A stretch of DNA of 64,000 nt from contig CAZSQQ010000002.1 in assembly GCA_964609135.1 (NCBI GenBank), forward strand, positions 13,349 to 77,348, in the 5' to 3' direction. Shown here piece by piece: positions 63,985 to 64,000 of the stretch. The DNA comes from an uncultured Candidatus Saccharibacteria bacterium. GTDB lineage: Bacteria; Patescibacteriota; Minisyncoccia; UBA6257; Colwellbacteraceae. Made by a program: the position numbers and the translations under genes. The number at the start of each line of letters is the position of its first letter. Position 1 is the stretch's first letter. The notes under the pieces were generated by a model. It was not told where the DNA came from. It saw nothing but the letters and a program-made list of their open reading frames with translations, and did not search any database.

Positions 63985-64000
63985 ATCAGCGAAAGTGTTT

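Noticed and set aside
1-64000. Mobile elements, integrases, transposases, rRNA, CRISPR arrays
   Set aside because: No candidate ORFs with recombinase or transposase motifs, no rRNA-like conserved stretches and no short regularly spaced repeats were seen anywhere in the window.

Overview
Almost the whole 64-kb window is coding, mostly on the minus strand. The gene content (many type IV pilus genes, large secreted repeat proteins, nucleotide-scavenging enzymes, almost no biosynthesis) suggests a reduced-genome Patescibacteria/CPR-like bacterium; that assignment is inference. I could support about 75 features, including two tRNAs. I saw no rRNA, CRISPR array or transposase/integrase.

Main blocks, in order:
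- 1-6 kb: a partial zwf at the left edge, an LD-carboxypeptidase and tRNA-Ser(GGA), followed by a tightly coupled heat-shock operon (groES-groEL-lemA-htpX-GGDEF) with a TTGACA promoter and no CIRCE element.
- 6.1-6.3 kb: a GC-rich 240-bp island ending in a plus-strand terminator. I read it as a candidate small RNA but could not assign a family.
- 6.3-9.3 kb: a nucleotidyltransferase, rmuC and a divergent type II NADH dehydrogenase.
- 9.3-18.6 kb: a minus-strand metal and redox island (predicted CsoR operator/repressor, copA-like ATPase, CcdA thiol-disulfide membrane protein and NiSOD-SodX pair; gene-by-gene under features).
- 18.7-21.9 kb: tRNA-Asn, then a lycopene-cyclase-domain protein, a PKD-domain secreted protein, two small proteins, DedA and an exported protein.
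- 22-32 kb: housekeeping genes (class II ribonucleotide reductase nrdJ, ftsZ, ftsA, ybeY, a YqeY-family protein, rpsU, hisS, lepB, pth).
- 30.5-56 kb: a type IV pilus and surface-protein region. It holds PilM/N, a pseudopilin-like protein, an LRR protein and a nucleotide pyrophosphatase/phosphodiesterase. It also holds two tandem membrane/spermidine-synthase-like fusions, psd, a 14-repeat propeller-like protein and a sulfatase-like enzyme. Further along are two pilin-LamG fusions, pilC, pilB and a short pilin.
- 56-64 kb: rny, a membrane protein, clpB, htrA, a cysteine desulfurase and a DEDD exonuclease-like gene.

The most interesting observations, all read directly from the sequence:
- The inverted MopE-like adhesin pair is my best candidate for a previously undescribed system. 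A full-length MopE-type repeat gene and a 5'-truncated paralog lie in inverted orientation and share a perfect 140-bp inverted repeat. A perfect 46-bp palindrome sits near the centre of the segment between them. This is the architecture of an inversion-driven C-terminal switching cassette.
- A conserved ~22-nt element, GGTGAG-N5-TCGAAC, is found six times in one orientation, mostly at stop/start junctions of the surface-protein genes. In three places it forms a 7-codon mini-ORF whose TGA overlaps the downstream ATG.
- A perfect 418-bp direct repeat lies inside a Trp/Cys-rich surface-protein gene, 810 bp (in frame) apart.
- An 18-bp perfect palindrome, ATACCCCCTAGGGGGTAT, sits directly upstream of csoR. 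The copA-like ATPase carries an atypical CPD membrane motif in place of CPC.
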